This document shows positions 19,946 through 30,465 of a DNA stretch of 60,850 bases, piece after piece (the first letter of the stretch is position 1; every line of letters starts with the position of its first letter). Source of the stretch: Patescibacteria group bacterium (GTDB taxonomy: Bacteria > Patescibacteriota > Minisyncoccia > Minisyncoccales > JANBVM01); assembly GCA_024239015.1 (NCBI GenBank), contig JANBVM010000001.1:1-60850 (forward strand), read 5' to 3'. Under the pieces are notes generated by a model, which saw only the letters and a program-made list of their open reading frames with translations, searched no databases and was not told the origin of the DNA. The position numbers and the translations under genes were made by a program.

Positions 19946-20326
19946 TTTTTAAATTGTTTAATCTTGAAATAAATTCAATTAGACTTATTCACTCACTACT
20001 TATATACCCACTATTACAAATATTTTTATAAATTACTCTTATAATTTTTTTTTTGCCAATAGAGGAGAACTTAATTGACAATATAAGATAAGTAAAAAAT
20101 AGGACAATCTTAAGGTGAGTTTTCAGATCTAAGTTGAAAACTTTATTATTAGATAATTATTATAAAATTATCTAAAAATCATTATAATTATTTTTTTATT
20201 GAAATTATATTTAATAATAATGTATAAGATTAGGTTATACTTGAGTTTTTAGTAAAAACTAGTTATAAAAAACTAAATAAAAAGAGAAAATAAAAAAAAT
20301 TGATTAAAATTTATTGGATTCTAAAC

Positions 20327-21037
20327 CTACATTAAAAATTCTTCAAAAGTTTCTTTGTCATTTTCAGTATAATTTTTCCTATATTCAGGATATTCATCAT
20401 GTACTTTTTGCATTAATAGTTCAGTATCAATATACATTAAGTCTTCTTTTACTTCAACGATAATTTCTTTCATTCTTATATCTAATTCCTCCCATATTTC
20501 TTTTGCTAACCTATGTCCTTTTCTTGTTAAAATACATTCTATTGATGCAGTGTGTTTAAATTTCTCCCAGTTCTCTTTGCTACCTGAAATTTTCTTCCCA
20601 TCTCTCACAAGATAAATTTCAATATACTTTTTTTCGTTTAAATCTTTAATATCCTCCCCAAGATGAACTGGAATTGGTCCTGCTCTTGCTGCTCCCATTT
20701 CATCAAATAAGAATGAATCTTCACCATATTCTTCCTCAAATTTTTTTTCGATATAAAATAGCATTTTATTAAAGCGAAATTTCTGTCTAATTGCCTTTTT
20801 CCGTTGTTTCACATCAGCATAGAGCAAAGCTAATTCAAAAATATTATATTCACTTATTCCGTATTTTTTAGCAATCCTTCTCTCATCAGCTTTTATGAGG
20901 TCGCTGAAAAGATATAATTCATCTCCAGTATCTTCTTCTCTATATAGGGGAATATCCTCCAATTCTGCTTTTTTATTTTTCACATCTAAAACTTTTATAC
21001 TTGTTTTCTCTCCTGTAAGTGTTAACATTTTACCCAA
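20327..21037 (-). CDS. Panacea/SocA(DUF4065)-like antitoxin candidate
   Basis: FRFNKMLFYI...AGPIP...LMQKVHDEYPEY pattern. Confidence 0.55.
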   Translation of the reverse strand: MGKMLTLTGEKTSIKVLDVKNKKAELEDIPLYREEDTGDELYLFSDLIKADERRIAKKYGISEYNIFELALLYADVKQRKKAIRQKFRFNKMLFYIEKKFEEEYGEDSFLFDEMGAARAGPIPVHLGEDIKDLNEKKYIEIYLVRDGKKISGSKENWEKFKHTASIECILTRKGHRLAKEIWEELDIRMKEIIVEVKEDLMYIDTELLMQKVHDEYPEYRKNYTENDKETFEEFLM

Positions 21038-21041
21038 CCTT

Positions 21042-21359
21042 TTATCTTTCTTTTTTAAAACTTCTTACTTTTAAAATTCTATTATTATTATCATCATTCT
21101 GGCTTGATTCTTTTTGCCATTCATAAAATATATGTGCTCTCTTCTTGCTTTTCTTATCAACTATGACTCTCTGTAGTCTTTTGTTGAAAGGCTCATTTTC
21201 TACATCACCAATCCAAATTAATTCTTTTAACATTCTATAGATTTCATACAGATTTAAGCCAGAGATTTGACCTTTTTTTTCTTCAAATAACTTTATAAGG
21301 CGTTTTGTTAGCCTTATTTTTTTGGAATCAATTTTCATGGTTCTTACCCGTTTCGACAA
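21042..21359 (-). CDS. Small basic protein, possible toxin partner
   Basis: 105 aa, Lys/Arg-rich, 4 nt upstream of the Panacea-like gene. Confidence 0.5.
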   Translation of the reverse strand: MSKRVRTMKIDSKKIRLTKRLIKLFEEKKGQISGLNLYEIYRMLKELIWIGDVENEPFNKRLQRVIVDKKSKKRAHIFYEWQKESSQNDDNNNRILKVRSFKKER

Positions 21360-21739
21360 TCAATAAATATAATTATACACAATTATATTTAAAATTAAAT
21401 GATTCCAACTTCTAACCAATGCAATAAAGAGATATTTTATTTCAAGTTAAATAACACCATTTAATATATACAAGTTCTCATAAAAAAATTTATGCTTATT
21501 CGACAAAATTATTATATCGTCAAAACTTTTTAAATATAACTTTTTTTATGTTTTACGGTGTTTTTCAGAAAATATACTCCTGAATTTTTATCAAAAGATC
21601 TTAAGTTGAGTTTTATTAGATTTTGGTAAAGGATTTAAGCAAAATAAAAATATTACAATTTTGGTTAAATGCAATATTTTTGGAATAATCATTCCTATTC
21701 TTAATAGTCATTCAATATTTTTAAAAATAATTTTAGTGT

Positions 21740-21754
21740 CGGTTATTTTACGAA
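21740..21754 (-). repeat. Half-site (reversed spacer + right arm)
   Basis: CGGTTA-TTTTACGAA; 1 mismatch; 2 bp from the stop codon of 21757..23178. Confidence 0.8.
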
Positions 21755-21756
21755 GA

Positions 21757-23178
21757 TTAAACTTTTTTTTGTCTTAATTCCTTCGGAGGATTTTTCATGT
21801 TCCATTGACTCCAAGCGTATCCTCGAACATTTTCCCATCCATACTTTCTCATAAGTTCCAATGTAACTTCCTTTAGGTCAGCATTCTCTTTTACTTCTTC
21901 AAGGGCTATTATCTTATTCATTTGTGTCCATTTATTCCCCCCTTTTTTCAGATTACTAACTCTTGTGTTTACATTTGAAGATTTACCCACATACCATTTT
22001 CCATGTTCAAGTCGAAGGATAAAAACAGCTGTCGATCTTGTCCGATCCTCGTTTTCTTTTAAATATTCTAAACCCCCATCTTGACTTCTAATGCACTCCT
22101 GTATTTTTTTCGGGATATAAGTATTATAAGAATCACTAAAACTTGTTCCCCTTACACATCTCCAGCCATAATTTGTTATATACCGAACCATAACTTCGGT
22201 AAGATCTCCATCTTCGATAATCTCTTGAACTTTAATTACTTTACTATCTCTTGTCCATATGTTTCCCTTTCCTTCTCTATGTGCTGCGATAGTGGATGTT
22301 GTATTTTTAGATCTTCCAATCCACCACTTATTATTTGCTAATTCTAATACAAAAATAGGTCTTCTCTTTCTCGAAGTCCTTTTTTCGGCTGTAGCAATTT
22401 TTAATATATTATCATTTGTAATTTTGATTGGAGTTTCTTTCTGATCAAGTACCATTTTTTTATTTTGACTCTTTACTGGTGTTAGGGTACCCTTCACATT
22501 TTTGCTGATTCTTATTGGGTATGTAAATTTACAATCAGGGTAACCTCCGCACCCTAAAAAGATTCCACGGCTTCCAGTTCGTTCATGCATAAGGCTTCCA
22601 CAAACTGGACATAGAATATTTCTAGCGCTTTCAATATTAAAAGAAAATCTACAATTCGGAAAACCATTACAACCAAAAAATTTCCCATTTTTACCAATAT
22701 AAATAGCTAATTTCTTATTACAATTAGGACATACTTTAGGGGGAGTTAATTTTTGATTTTGTTCCTTAGTAGTTAATGTTTCCTTAATTTCATTGAAATT
22801 TAGATTTCTTTGTAAATCATTATCAGGTCGGCTTGCTCCTATTTCTCTTTTCTTAAAATCCGGATTCAATTCTAATTTTATATCGAAGAAAGAGTTGAAG
22901 TCGGAATCATCTAAAAATCCATCCTCCTCATAAATTTCAAGAATTTTTCTTAAATCTTCATTTTCTTCTACGTGCTCTTTTAAAAAACTTAAATCTGTTT
23001 TATCTAGAATATATTTTCCCTCTTCTTCAGCTTTCTCTAATTCTTTCTCTAATGATTCATATTGTTTTTCAGTTAAGAATTTATTTTTAGTAAAAAAGCT
23101 GAAGAGATCTTCAAAAAACGGATTATATTTAGCGAAAACTTCTAGCCACTGTTCTTCTTCTTCGCTCAGTTCCTTCAT
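21757..23178 (-). CDS. Protein with two topoisomerase-type C4 zinc fingers and tandem GIY-YIG-like domains
   Basis: CPNC...FFGCNGFPNC, CPVC...FLGCGGYPDC; IFVLELANNKWWIGRS and VFILRLEHGKWYVGKS...YGWENVRG. Confidence 0.8.
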   Translation of the reverse strand: MKELSEEEEQWLEVFAKYNPFFEDLFSFFTKNKFLTEKQYESLEKELEKAEEEGKYILDKTDLSFLKEHVEENEDLRKILEIYEEDGFLDDSDFNSFFDIKLELNPDFKKREIGASRPDNDLQRNLNFNEIKETLTTKEQNQKLTPPKVCPNCNKKLAIYIGKNGKFFGCNGFPNCRFSFNIESARNILCPVCGSLMHERTGSRGIFLGCGGYPDCKFTYPIRISKNVKGTLTPVKSQNKKMVLDQKETPIKITNDNILKIATAEKRTSRKRRPIFVLELANNKWWIGRSKNTTSTIAAHREGKGNIWTRDSKVIKVQEIIEDGDLTEVMVRYITNYGWRCVRGTSFSDSYNTYIPKKIQECIRSQDGGLEYLKENEDRTRSTAVFILRLEHGKWYVGKSSNVNTRVSNLKKGGNKWTQMNKIIALEEVKENADLKEVTLELMRKYGWENVRGYAWSQWNMKNPPKELRQKKV

Positions 23179-23352
23179 ATACTCACCAAATTCTCGCCTT
23201 TAAAGGTTGATGCGAATAAATTATCATTGTAACATTAATTCTTACCTAAATAAAGTTTCTCAAATTTTATTAACCCGATATCTAATTTATTATATAGAAA
23301 TACTATTGATTTTAAAATAATCTAATCTAGTTTAATTATTTGATGTGGTATA

Positions 23353-25125
23353 ATGGGAATTTTCTTGAGTAAACCATCGAGAAGCGCTACTATAGGAGAA
23401 AAAATGTTCTTTAACAGGGCTGATTATTATTTTACTAATAGTAATGATGTAATTGGATACTTTGAACCTTTTATTGGAGAACTTCATCCTGATTATTTGT
23501 TGCTCTCTCCAAAGTATGGTATATTTATTGTAGAAATAAAAGATTACTCAGCAAAGCATCTTAGAAATATATCTAAATCAGGGGAATGGGAGAAATTGAA
23601 TGGAGATGGATTATTTCAAATTAAAAACCCATTTGACCAAATGCATAAATATTGGAGGGCAGTCAAGGATCGTATCAATCATTGTGATTTTCCGAAAGGA
23701 TTAGAAATTCCAATTATTAGATTGGTAGTTTTTAGTCAGATATCCAGTAAAAGCCAACAGGCTAAAGAAATTATAAAAATATGCCCTTTAAAAATTCATA
23801 TTGCTTTCAAAGAAGTTATGAATAGAAATACCAATTTTAGAGAATTTTTTACTAATCTTCTTCCACTTGATTTTAGCCTTTCTAATGATGAATTTAACTT
23901 ATTACGTGCTAATTTAATTCCTTTCTCCCGGTTACCTACTTATAAGCAAGCAGATCTGCTTAAATACTTCTCTATTGAGGACCAAATAAAATTATTGGAC
24001 GGGGAACAGGAACGAATTGCAAGGGAATTAGGAGAGGGACATCGATTGATTTTTGGTGTAGCTGGAAGTGGAAAAACAATTCTCTTAATTGCTCGAGCTA
24101 GAATAATCACAAAACTTTACCCTGATTGGAAAATCTTGATCTTGTGCTACAACAGGTTACTTAGAGATTCACTTATTCAACTTTTAAATCCTCAAGATTA
24201 TGAGACAGATATTACTATTGAAACTTTCCACTCCTGGGCTAAAAATTTCATCATGAGTGGAAATAATAATTTTACTAATAAATATGACGATGCATATAAA
24301 AAAGCAGAGAAAAATGGGAATATAACGGAATTCTTCCAAAATACAGTCCCAAATCTATTATTAGACATGCTAAATACTTTAAACAAAAAGAATGGATACT
24401 ACGATGCTATATTAATTGATGAAGCACAAGATTTTGACCAGAATTGGTTTCTTCCTGTAATTCAAGTTTTAAATCCTGAAACAAATTCCTTATTACTTAC
24501 ATGTGACGGACTTCAAGGGATTTATGCAAGAAAAAGATTTACTTGGGCAAGCATTGGTATTCAAGCTAGAGGTCGAGTAAAAAGGTTTGAAAAATCTTAT
24601 CGTGTTCCAATTGAAATAGGAGTTGCTGCTCGAGAAGCTTTACCCAAAAATTTAATAAACCTAATAGATCAATACGATGAATTTATTTCTACTAAAGAAT
24701 ATGCTGGTGTTCATGGGATCTTAGAGATCATTATATCTAAATCTAGAGACGAAGAATATAAGGCTTTAATAGAAAAAATTGCTCATTTGCTAAAAGTACC
24801 GCAAGAAATCTTATTATTATTTCGGAGAAATATGCAAAAAATCGGATATAAGCATCCATTTTTCGATAAATTAAAAGCCCTTAATATTGAATGGAAGGAT
24901 TTAAAAGAATATCATCATATGGCTACAGGTTTATATGTAGGTACACTTCATGGAACTAAAGGTCTAGAATCTGACACTATAATAATCCCTGAAGTAGACA
25001 CTTACAAATCCGATGAAGATCGACAATTATTATATGTTGGCATGACTCGTTCCCGTAAAAAATTAGTTTTGAGTGCTAATCAATCAACTGAATTGATAAA
25101 ATTATTTGAACCACATCCTATCTAA
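23353..25125 (+). CDS. NERD nuclease + UvrD-like SF1 helicase
   Basis: HPDYLL...IVEIKD...NPFDQ; GVAGSGKT, IDEAQD, KGLE, LYVGMTR. Confidence 0.9.
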   Translation: MGIFLSKPSRSATIGEKMFFNRADYYFTNSNDVIGYFEPFIGELHPDYLLLSPKYGIFIVEIKDYSAKHLRNISKSGEWEKLNGDGLFQIKNPFDQMHKYWRAVKDRINHCDFPKGLEIPIIRLVVFSQISSKSQQAKEIIKICPLKIHIAFKEVMNRNTNFREFFTNLLPLDFSLSNDEFNLLRANLIPFSRLPTYKQADLLKYFSIEDQIKLLDGEQERIARELGEGHRLIFGVAGSGKTILLIARARIITKLYPDWKILILCYNRLLRDSLIQLLNPQDYETDITIETFHSWAKNFIMSGNNNFTNKYDDAYKKAEKNGNITEFFQNTVPNLLLDMLNTLNKKNGYYDAILIDEAQDFDQNWFLPVIQVLNPETNSLLLTCDGLQGIYARKRFTWASIGIQARGRVKRFEKSYRVPIEIGVAAREALPKNLINLIDQYDEFISTKEYAGVHGILEIIISKSRDEEYKALIEKIAHLLKVPQEILLLFRRNMQKIGYKHPFFDKLKALNIEWKDLKEYHHMATGLYVGTLHGTKGLESDTIIIPEVDTYKSDEDRQLLYVGMTRSRKKLVLSANQSTELIKLFEPHPI

Positions 25126-25412
25126 GAATTAATTTGACAGATAAAACAAAGATGTGAACCAATTAAAATAAAACGATTAGTTGGAATAATAATTTCTAAA
25201 TCAAGTAATTTTTGAGCAAGAATTTTATTTTCAGCATAATCCTTGAGGATAAATTCATCTGATGCAAGTTCTACTGAATTACACATGATAGAGAGCTCAG
25301 CTAATGGCTCCTCGTTATAATTATAAGCAAAAATTGCGAGTTGACCATTTGAATAATGCGTTTTTTGTAGTTTACTATTGAGCGTTATTTGGGTATTTAT
25401 CATTTCTTTCAT
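25122..25412 (-). CDS. Hypothetical protein (DUF4313-like)
   Basis: YSNGQLAI...EPLAELSI...FILKDYAEN pattern. Confidence 0.55.
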   Translation of the reverse strand: MKEMINTQITLNSKLQKTHYSNGQLAIFAYNYNEEPLAELSIMCNSVELASDEFILKDYAENKILAQKLLDLEIIIPTNRFILIGSHLCFICQINS

Positions 25413-25509
25413 AAATCATACTTATTTCATTCTTTATAAATGAAAAAAGTGTATTAAAAAACTGATTTCTTATAGTAAGTTTTTGTTAAGAAACTAATAT
25501 CACAGTTGA

Positions 25510-25524
25510 TAACCGTTTCACGTA
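25510..25524 (+). repeat. Half-site (spacer + right arm)
   Basis: TAACCG-TTTCACGTA; 1 mismatch. Confidence 0.85.
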
Positions 25525-25628
25525 AATGATTAAGCAAGTCATCTTCAAAAAAAAATATTAATCTTTATAAATTATTAACCCAATAGCGTATGTTAAGATA
25601 AATATTTTAAAAGAAAATATAAATTAAC

Positions 25629-26315
25629 ATGATAAAAATTAATGATATTCTGAAATACAAGATAGTTCTTTTTCTATTTGTTATTATTGTGGTAGAAGTT
25701 ATTTCATTAGTATTATTTACAATCATGTTAATTACAACTAAAATAGAATTTTATAAACTTATCATTGATTTATTAAGAGATTTAATAATATTAACCAGTG
25801 TAGTAACCGCTTTAATAATCCCATTCGTAATGAAAGGTATTAAAGAAGAGAAACGAGAAGTAGAGTTAAAAGATCGAATAAAAACGGTTATTAATGAACT
25901 TAAAAATTATTTCGAAATTATTATCTCTTCTAAATATGAGGGATTACCAAAAAAAAATCTTTACATCCCTCCTCAATTTCAATTTTTTAAATCCATTGCA
26001 AGAAAAGATCCTGAATTCTTAAAAAAACTCGGTATTGATATTTCACTTTTCACCAGTACTTCAAAAAGTGGAACTCAATTTGAAGGAGCTACTTTAATAA
26101 TATTAAATATTTATAGATTACGTGGTGGTTTTCAACCAACTCTTACTTTTATAAGCACAGATAATGAACATTCTGAGTTACCGGATTTATATGAAATTCT
26201 TTTAAAAAAATTCATTGAAAACGCGGAAAAAGATTTTTCCATAACATTAGATAAAAATTTATGCTTCCTATCAGACAATCTTAAATCAAGCTATTTAGAA
26301 GTAATCAAACATTGA
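25629..26315 (+). CDS. Hypothetical two-TM membrane protein (intact paralogue of 10212..10838)
   Basis: Shares long identical blocks with the other copy, e.g. VINELKNYFEIIISSK and ILNIYRLRGG; sole gene between two half-sites. Confidence 0.8.
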   Translation: MIKINDILKYKIVLFLFVIIVVEVISLVLFTIMLITTKIEFYKLIIDLLRDLIILTSVVTALIIPFVMKGIKEEKREVELKDRIKTVINELKNYFEIIISSKYEGLPKKNLYIPPQFQFFKSIARKDPEFLKKLGIDISLFTSTSKSGTQFEGATLIILNIYRLRGGFQPTLTFISTDNEHSELPDLYEILLKKFIENAEKDFSITLDKNLCFLSDNLKSSYLEVIKH

Positions 26316-26466
26316 AATTTTTATAACATAATTGCCTAAAAGAGTCATCTATTCATTAATATTAGTATATCTCATTTAATTCTCGATAGAGAACTATAGA
26401 TATATTGGAATCTTTATTAATAATTAGCATTAATATTTTCTTTTTATTATATATTTGAAAGAGCTT

Positions 26467-26481
26467 AGGTTATTTCATGAA
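26467..26481 (-). repeat. Half-site (reversed spacer + right arm), degenerate
   Basis: AGGTTA-TTTCATGAA; 2 mismatches. Confidence 0.65.
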
Positions 26482-26513
26482 TTTGGACATCAATTCATTC
26501 TAATTTTTAATTA

Positions 26514-26717
26514 TTATCTTTTGTGATACTCTTTACATATAGTAATTAAATTCTTAGATTCGTTGTTTAAGCGATCTCCATCAATATGGTGAACATCCAA
26601 ATCGGTAGTTTTCCCATACCTTTGACATTTGTTTCCATCACGCGTTTTTATTTCCCGTTTTAATTTAACTGTAAATCCATGAGTATATCGGGAGCGTGCA
26701 TTAAGTTTAGGAAGCAT
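26514..26717 (-). CDS. Small HNH endonuclease, probably degenerate
   Basis: RDGNKCQRYG...VHHIDG...N...NLITICKEYH; the second Cys of each CxxC is replaced by Tyr. Confidence 0.65.
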   Translation of the reverse strand: MLPKLNARSRYTHGFTVKLKREIKTRDGNKCQRYGKTTDLDVHHIDGDRLNNESKNLITICKEYHKR

Positions 26718-27999
26718 TAATATAAGATAGAATATCTTTACTTTTTCTCATAGAATCCCCATATTTGATTGTTTTAGCATTTTTAAAAAAATTTGAAATC
26801 TGAAATTCCTTTAAAATTATTTGGTCATACGATATAATTTGAAATGGTTTTGATGACTCCATATGTTCAAGAAAATTCTTTATTAAATCTATAAATTCTT
26901 TTTTATTTGAAAAATTTGAATCTATTATAATTATATAGTTTATGTAGTGATTCCACTTATCTTTTTCAACTAAATAATTTTGCGTAGGATTTTCTTTAAT
27001 TTTGGATTTTAGTTCTTTTATTATCTTTTCCTCATTAAATTCTTTGATTTCGATTAATAAATAATCTAATATTATTTGATAATTTTTCTCATTTTCTAAT
27101 ATTATGATTCCTTTCTGTTTTTGATTTTCAAATTTAATTTTTAATCCTTCTTTTTTAGATTTTTGAAAAATTACATATAACATTAACTGGTAATCTCTAA
27201 AGTAGCCTATTCTACCTTGTTTTATTTTATCCTCGATAATTTTTTCAAAATCTTTATTGATTTCATAACCAACCCCATTTCGACAGAGAGATTTTGCTAC
27301 TTTCAGCGTTGTTCCTGATCCTAAGAAGGGATCTAGTATTTTATCGCCAATAAAAGAAAACATCCTTATTAACCTATAAGGTAATTCTTCAGGAAACATA
27401 GCAATATGCTCTTTTTGGATTATTCCTGGAAATCTCCAATGACCCACAAACCACTTTTTCCATTCGGTTAATGAAATTTTTGATAATTCTTTTATTTGAC
27501 GTTCAACTTTCCTCGCTTTACCATTATGTTTTTTAAGGATCAATATATGTTCATAATCAAAAGTCAATAGCCCATTCCTTGGATAATAAATAGAGCCCAT
27601 CAATGAACAACCACCTGTAGTGTTAGTAGTACTTACTTTTTGCCAAATGATATCTCCTAAAAAATCAAAACCTAAATCCAAACAATCATTTATGGTTTGA
27701 CTTGCTATAGATAATATCATATATCGCCCATATTCTTTCGTCCGTAAATATTGATCTCCAATATTTATTATCATTCTACATTGTGGTTCAAGAACTCGGT
27801 AGCATTCTTTCCAGACTTGCTTTAATCTCTCAAAATAAATATTAAAAGAATCTGAGAATCCTATTTGTTCATATGATCCATAATCTTTTATTTTTCCGTA
27901 TGGAGGAGAAGTTATTATCAATTGAACGGTATTATTATCAATTTCTTCCATATTTTCAGAAGATTTGAAATAAATTCTTGGCTCCTCTATATTAAACAA
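26707..27999 (-). CDS. Beta-class N4/N6 DNA methyltransferase with C-terminal extension
   Basis: TSPPY precedes HIAMFP and DPFLGSGTT. Confidence 0.92.
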   Translation of the reverse strand: MFNIEEPRIYFKSSENMEEIDNNTVQLIITSPPYGKIKDYGSYEQIGFSDSFNIYFERLKQVWKECYRVLEPQCRMIINIGDQYLRTKEYGRYMILSIASQTINDCLDLGFDFLGDIIWQKVSTTNTTGGCSLMGSIYYPRNGLLTFDYEHILILKKHNGKARKVERQIKELSKISLTEWKKWFVGHWRFPGIIQKEHIAMFPEELPYRLIRMFSFIGDKILDPFLGSGTTLKVAKSLCRNGVGYEINKDFEKIIEDKIKQGRIGYFRDYQLMLYVIFQKSKKEGLKIKFENQKQKGIIILENEKNYQIILDYLLIEIKEFNEEKIIKELKSKIKENPTQNYLVEKDKWNHYINYIIIIDSNFSNKKEFIDLIKNFLEHMESSKPFQIISYDQIILKEFQISNFFKNAKTIKYGDSMRKSKDILSYINAS

Positions 28000-28304
28000 T
28001 TCTTTTTCCTCTTAAGAATGGAACATTGAATAAAATTACGTTTTATTATCATTTATACTTATTAAAATTATCATATTAAAAGAAAAATAACAAATGATTT
28101 TTTATGTAATTTTACTTTTTTCATATCTATTAACTATAAATGGAATTATCATTTATTTAAAAAAGCACTGAGAAGATATTTATCTATTTTTGATAATTAG
28201 ATTTAGAGGAAACAAATTGTAGTAATGGATATTTTAAGCAGGTATTTGGGCATATTAAAAAATAATAAACTTTGTTGATTTCTCGGTTAAATTTGTTGAT
28301 ATCT

Positions 28305-28319
28305 CGGTTATTTCACGAT
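28305..28319 (-). repeat. Half-site (reversed spacer + right arm)
   Basis: CGGTTA-TTTCACGAT; 1 mismatch; preceded by a tandem duplication that includes the spacer. Confidence 0.85.
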
Positions 28320-28516
28320 AAATTTTTAAAATTTAATATAATTCAATATCTTTAATTGATGAAGATGAGAGATTTCCGGTGAGATATGTGAATATTTACC
28401 TCTATAACCCGAGAACAGAAAAAAATACATCCCGTAATTAAAGCTATTAAAAGTTAATAATATCAATCACTTGATTTATATATGAGGACTATAAAAAAAG
28501 TATTGTTTACAAAATT

Positions 28517-29386
28517 ATGACAGATTTTAGTACCAAAAAGCAAATTAAAGATAAGTTAAAGGGATATAAACCGAAATCCATGGGCCCAATAGGAGAGGCC
28601 ATTGTAGCACTTCAATTTCTTAATGTGTTCAAAGAAAAGATAGAAAATATTATCAATAGTGGAAACAATGTTGATTTAACTATAAAGTTTAAGGATGATG
28701 CGAAACAAATTACTGTTGAAGTAAAGTCTTCTGCTTTTAAAAATGATTACTATAGAAATCACTGGTCTTATGGAGTTCCAATTAAAGTTAAGGATTTTGA
28801 TTATGAATTTGATCTTCTTGGGATGGTTAATTTTATTCCCCCTGATAAAACCAATTCTTTAGGACAAAAGAGTAAAGTACGTAGCGACTATAAAAATGTA
28901 ACCCTTTATTTTATGTATAGTGAATTGGAATCATTGCTTCCAAACCCTTTCATGTATATTCCAACCACCACACTCTTAAAATTAAAAACTGAATGTAGTG
29001 ACATATATAATTTTCTTACTTTCTTTAATAATTATTACAAAGATGTAACTGTTGACCCAACAATAGTTTTTGATGAAGTTGGCTTTTCTTGGGATAATTA
29101 TAAATTGAATAACAAATTAAAGGGTGAATTAGGATTCCCAAGTTGGTTCGATAAAACATTAAGCTGTAAATATCTTGCAAGTTATGCCGTTAACAAAAGG
29201 GAGTTTTATAAGAGAGAAGTAATAAGTAAATGGAAGGAGCGTATTGATCTCAGGCAAATGGTTGATAAGGCAATCAATAATAAATCCAAGAAGTCGAGAA
29301 TATATGAAGAGTACCCCATAGATTCAAGCTTCTGCAAGAATTGTCCCCAAAAATGCAAGTATATTCTAGTGGATAGGGAATTTTAA
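28517..29386 (+). CDS. Putative PD-(D/E)XK restriction-type endonuclease
   Basis: GPIGEA...NVDLT...VEVKSS; sole gene between two half-sites. Confidence 0.6.
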   Translation: MTDFSTKKQIKDKLKGYKPKSMGPIGEAIVALQFLNVFKEKIENIINSGNNVDLTIKFKDDAKQITVEVKSSAFKNDYYRNHWSYGVPIKVKDFDYEFDLLGMVNFIPPDKTNSLGQKSKVRSDYKNVTLYFMYSELESLLPNPFMYIPTTTLLKLKTECSDIYNFLTFFNNYYKDVTVDPTIVFDEVGFSWDNYKLNNKLKGELGFPSWFDKTLSCKYLASYAVNKREFYKREVISKWKERIDLRQMVDKAINNKSKKSRIYEEYPIDSSFCKNCPQKCKYILVDREF

Positions 29387-29450
29387 TTTCCTATCAAATA
29401 ATAAGCAAGAAAGGAACTCAATGTTAATAATTATCAATGTTAATTTCAAC

Positions 29451-29465
29451 TAACCGTTTCACGAA
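29451..29465 (+). repeat. Half-site (spacer + right arm), perfect
   Basis: TAACCG-TTTCACGAA. Confidence 0.9.
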
Positions 29466-29808
29466 ATTTAATTATTCATGATTTAGATTTTAATTTTTTA
29501 CTCTACACGATTTCGATATGTTAAGCATTCAGAATGGGAAGTAGCAAAACTGGTTTTAAAAGAGTTTAAGATGATAAAATTCACATATAATCAATTCATA
29601 TCATTCAAAAAGAGAGAAGGATTTTGAAAATAACAAATAAAGAAATAGTTATATTTAAACTGTTATAATAATAAAACAATTGTGTCAAGTATGGAAAAAT
29701 TAATATTTGTAAACAGTTTAATTAATTGTGAAGGAATAAAAAACAACGCTAAATATAGGGTACTATACTTACTAATTTTTAACTTTTTATAAGATTGGAG
29801 GAATAAAA

Positions 29809-30456
29809 ATGGCTGGAAGGGTTCATTATGAAGATTTAATAATAGATCTATATATTTTTGATAGATTAGAAAGATCCAGTGGAAATATGAGCACAGCAAA
29901 GCTACTCTTTTTATTTGAGGAAGATTTATATAAAAAAAATATCATTGGTTCTCATTATCCTATGATTAGGCAACAAATGGGTCCTTATAATTCTCAGATA
30001 GGAGCTCATATTAAGAATCTTGCTCTAAATGGTTATCTAAATCACGAAAAGAGTTATTTTGATAAAATAAAGAAGTATACATTAATAATTTCAAAAAATA
30101 GTAATACTACAAAATTTTTAAAAAATATTGATGAGTTAATACAAGAAAATACTAAAGTGTTTACTATCCTTGATGAGATAATTAATGAATTTGGAAAAAT
30201 GAATGCAGAAGAACTTAAAGATTACATATACACTTTAAAAGAAGTGGGTAGATTCAATATAAGTATTAAGGATTATCCTATGTATGAGATAATCCTTAAT
30301 CCATCTGATTTAAAAAATCCCAAAAGTGAATTCAAATTGGATGAAATTTGGTATGATACAGTTGAAGTCTTACTAAACCCGAGAATATTATTAAGGTTAA
30401 AGTCAGGAATAAAAGATATTCGGTATGGAAAATTTACATTTTCTAACGTAAATTAA
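29809..30456 (+). CDS. Panacea/YwgA-like antitoxin candidate
   Basis: TAKLLFLFE...MGPYN...MNAEELKDYIY; C-terminal LKSGIKDIRYGK resembles antitoxin tails; GGAGG RBS. Confidence 0.55.
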   Translation: MAGRVHYEDLIIDLYIFDRLERSSGNMSTAKLLFLFEEDLYKKNIIGSHYPMIRQQMGPYNSQIGAHIKNLALNGYLNHEKSYFDKIKKYTLIISKNSNTTKFLKNIDELIQENTKVFTILDEIINEFGKMNAEELKDYIYTLKEVGRFNISIKDYPMYEIILNPSDLKNPKSEFKLDEIWYDTVEVLLNPRILLRLKSGIKDIRYGKFTFSNVN

Positions 30457-30465
30457 TCTCAAATA

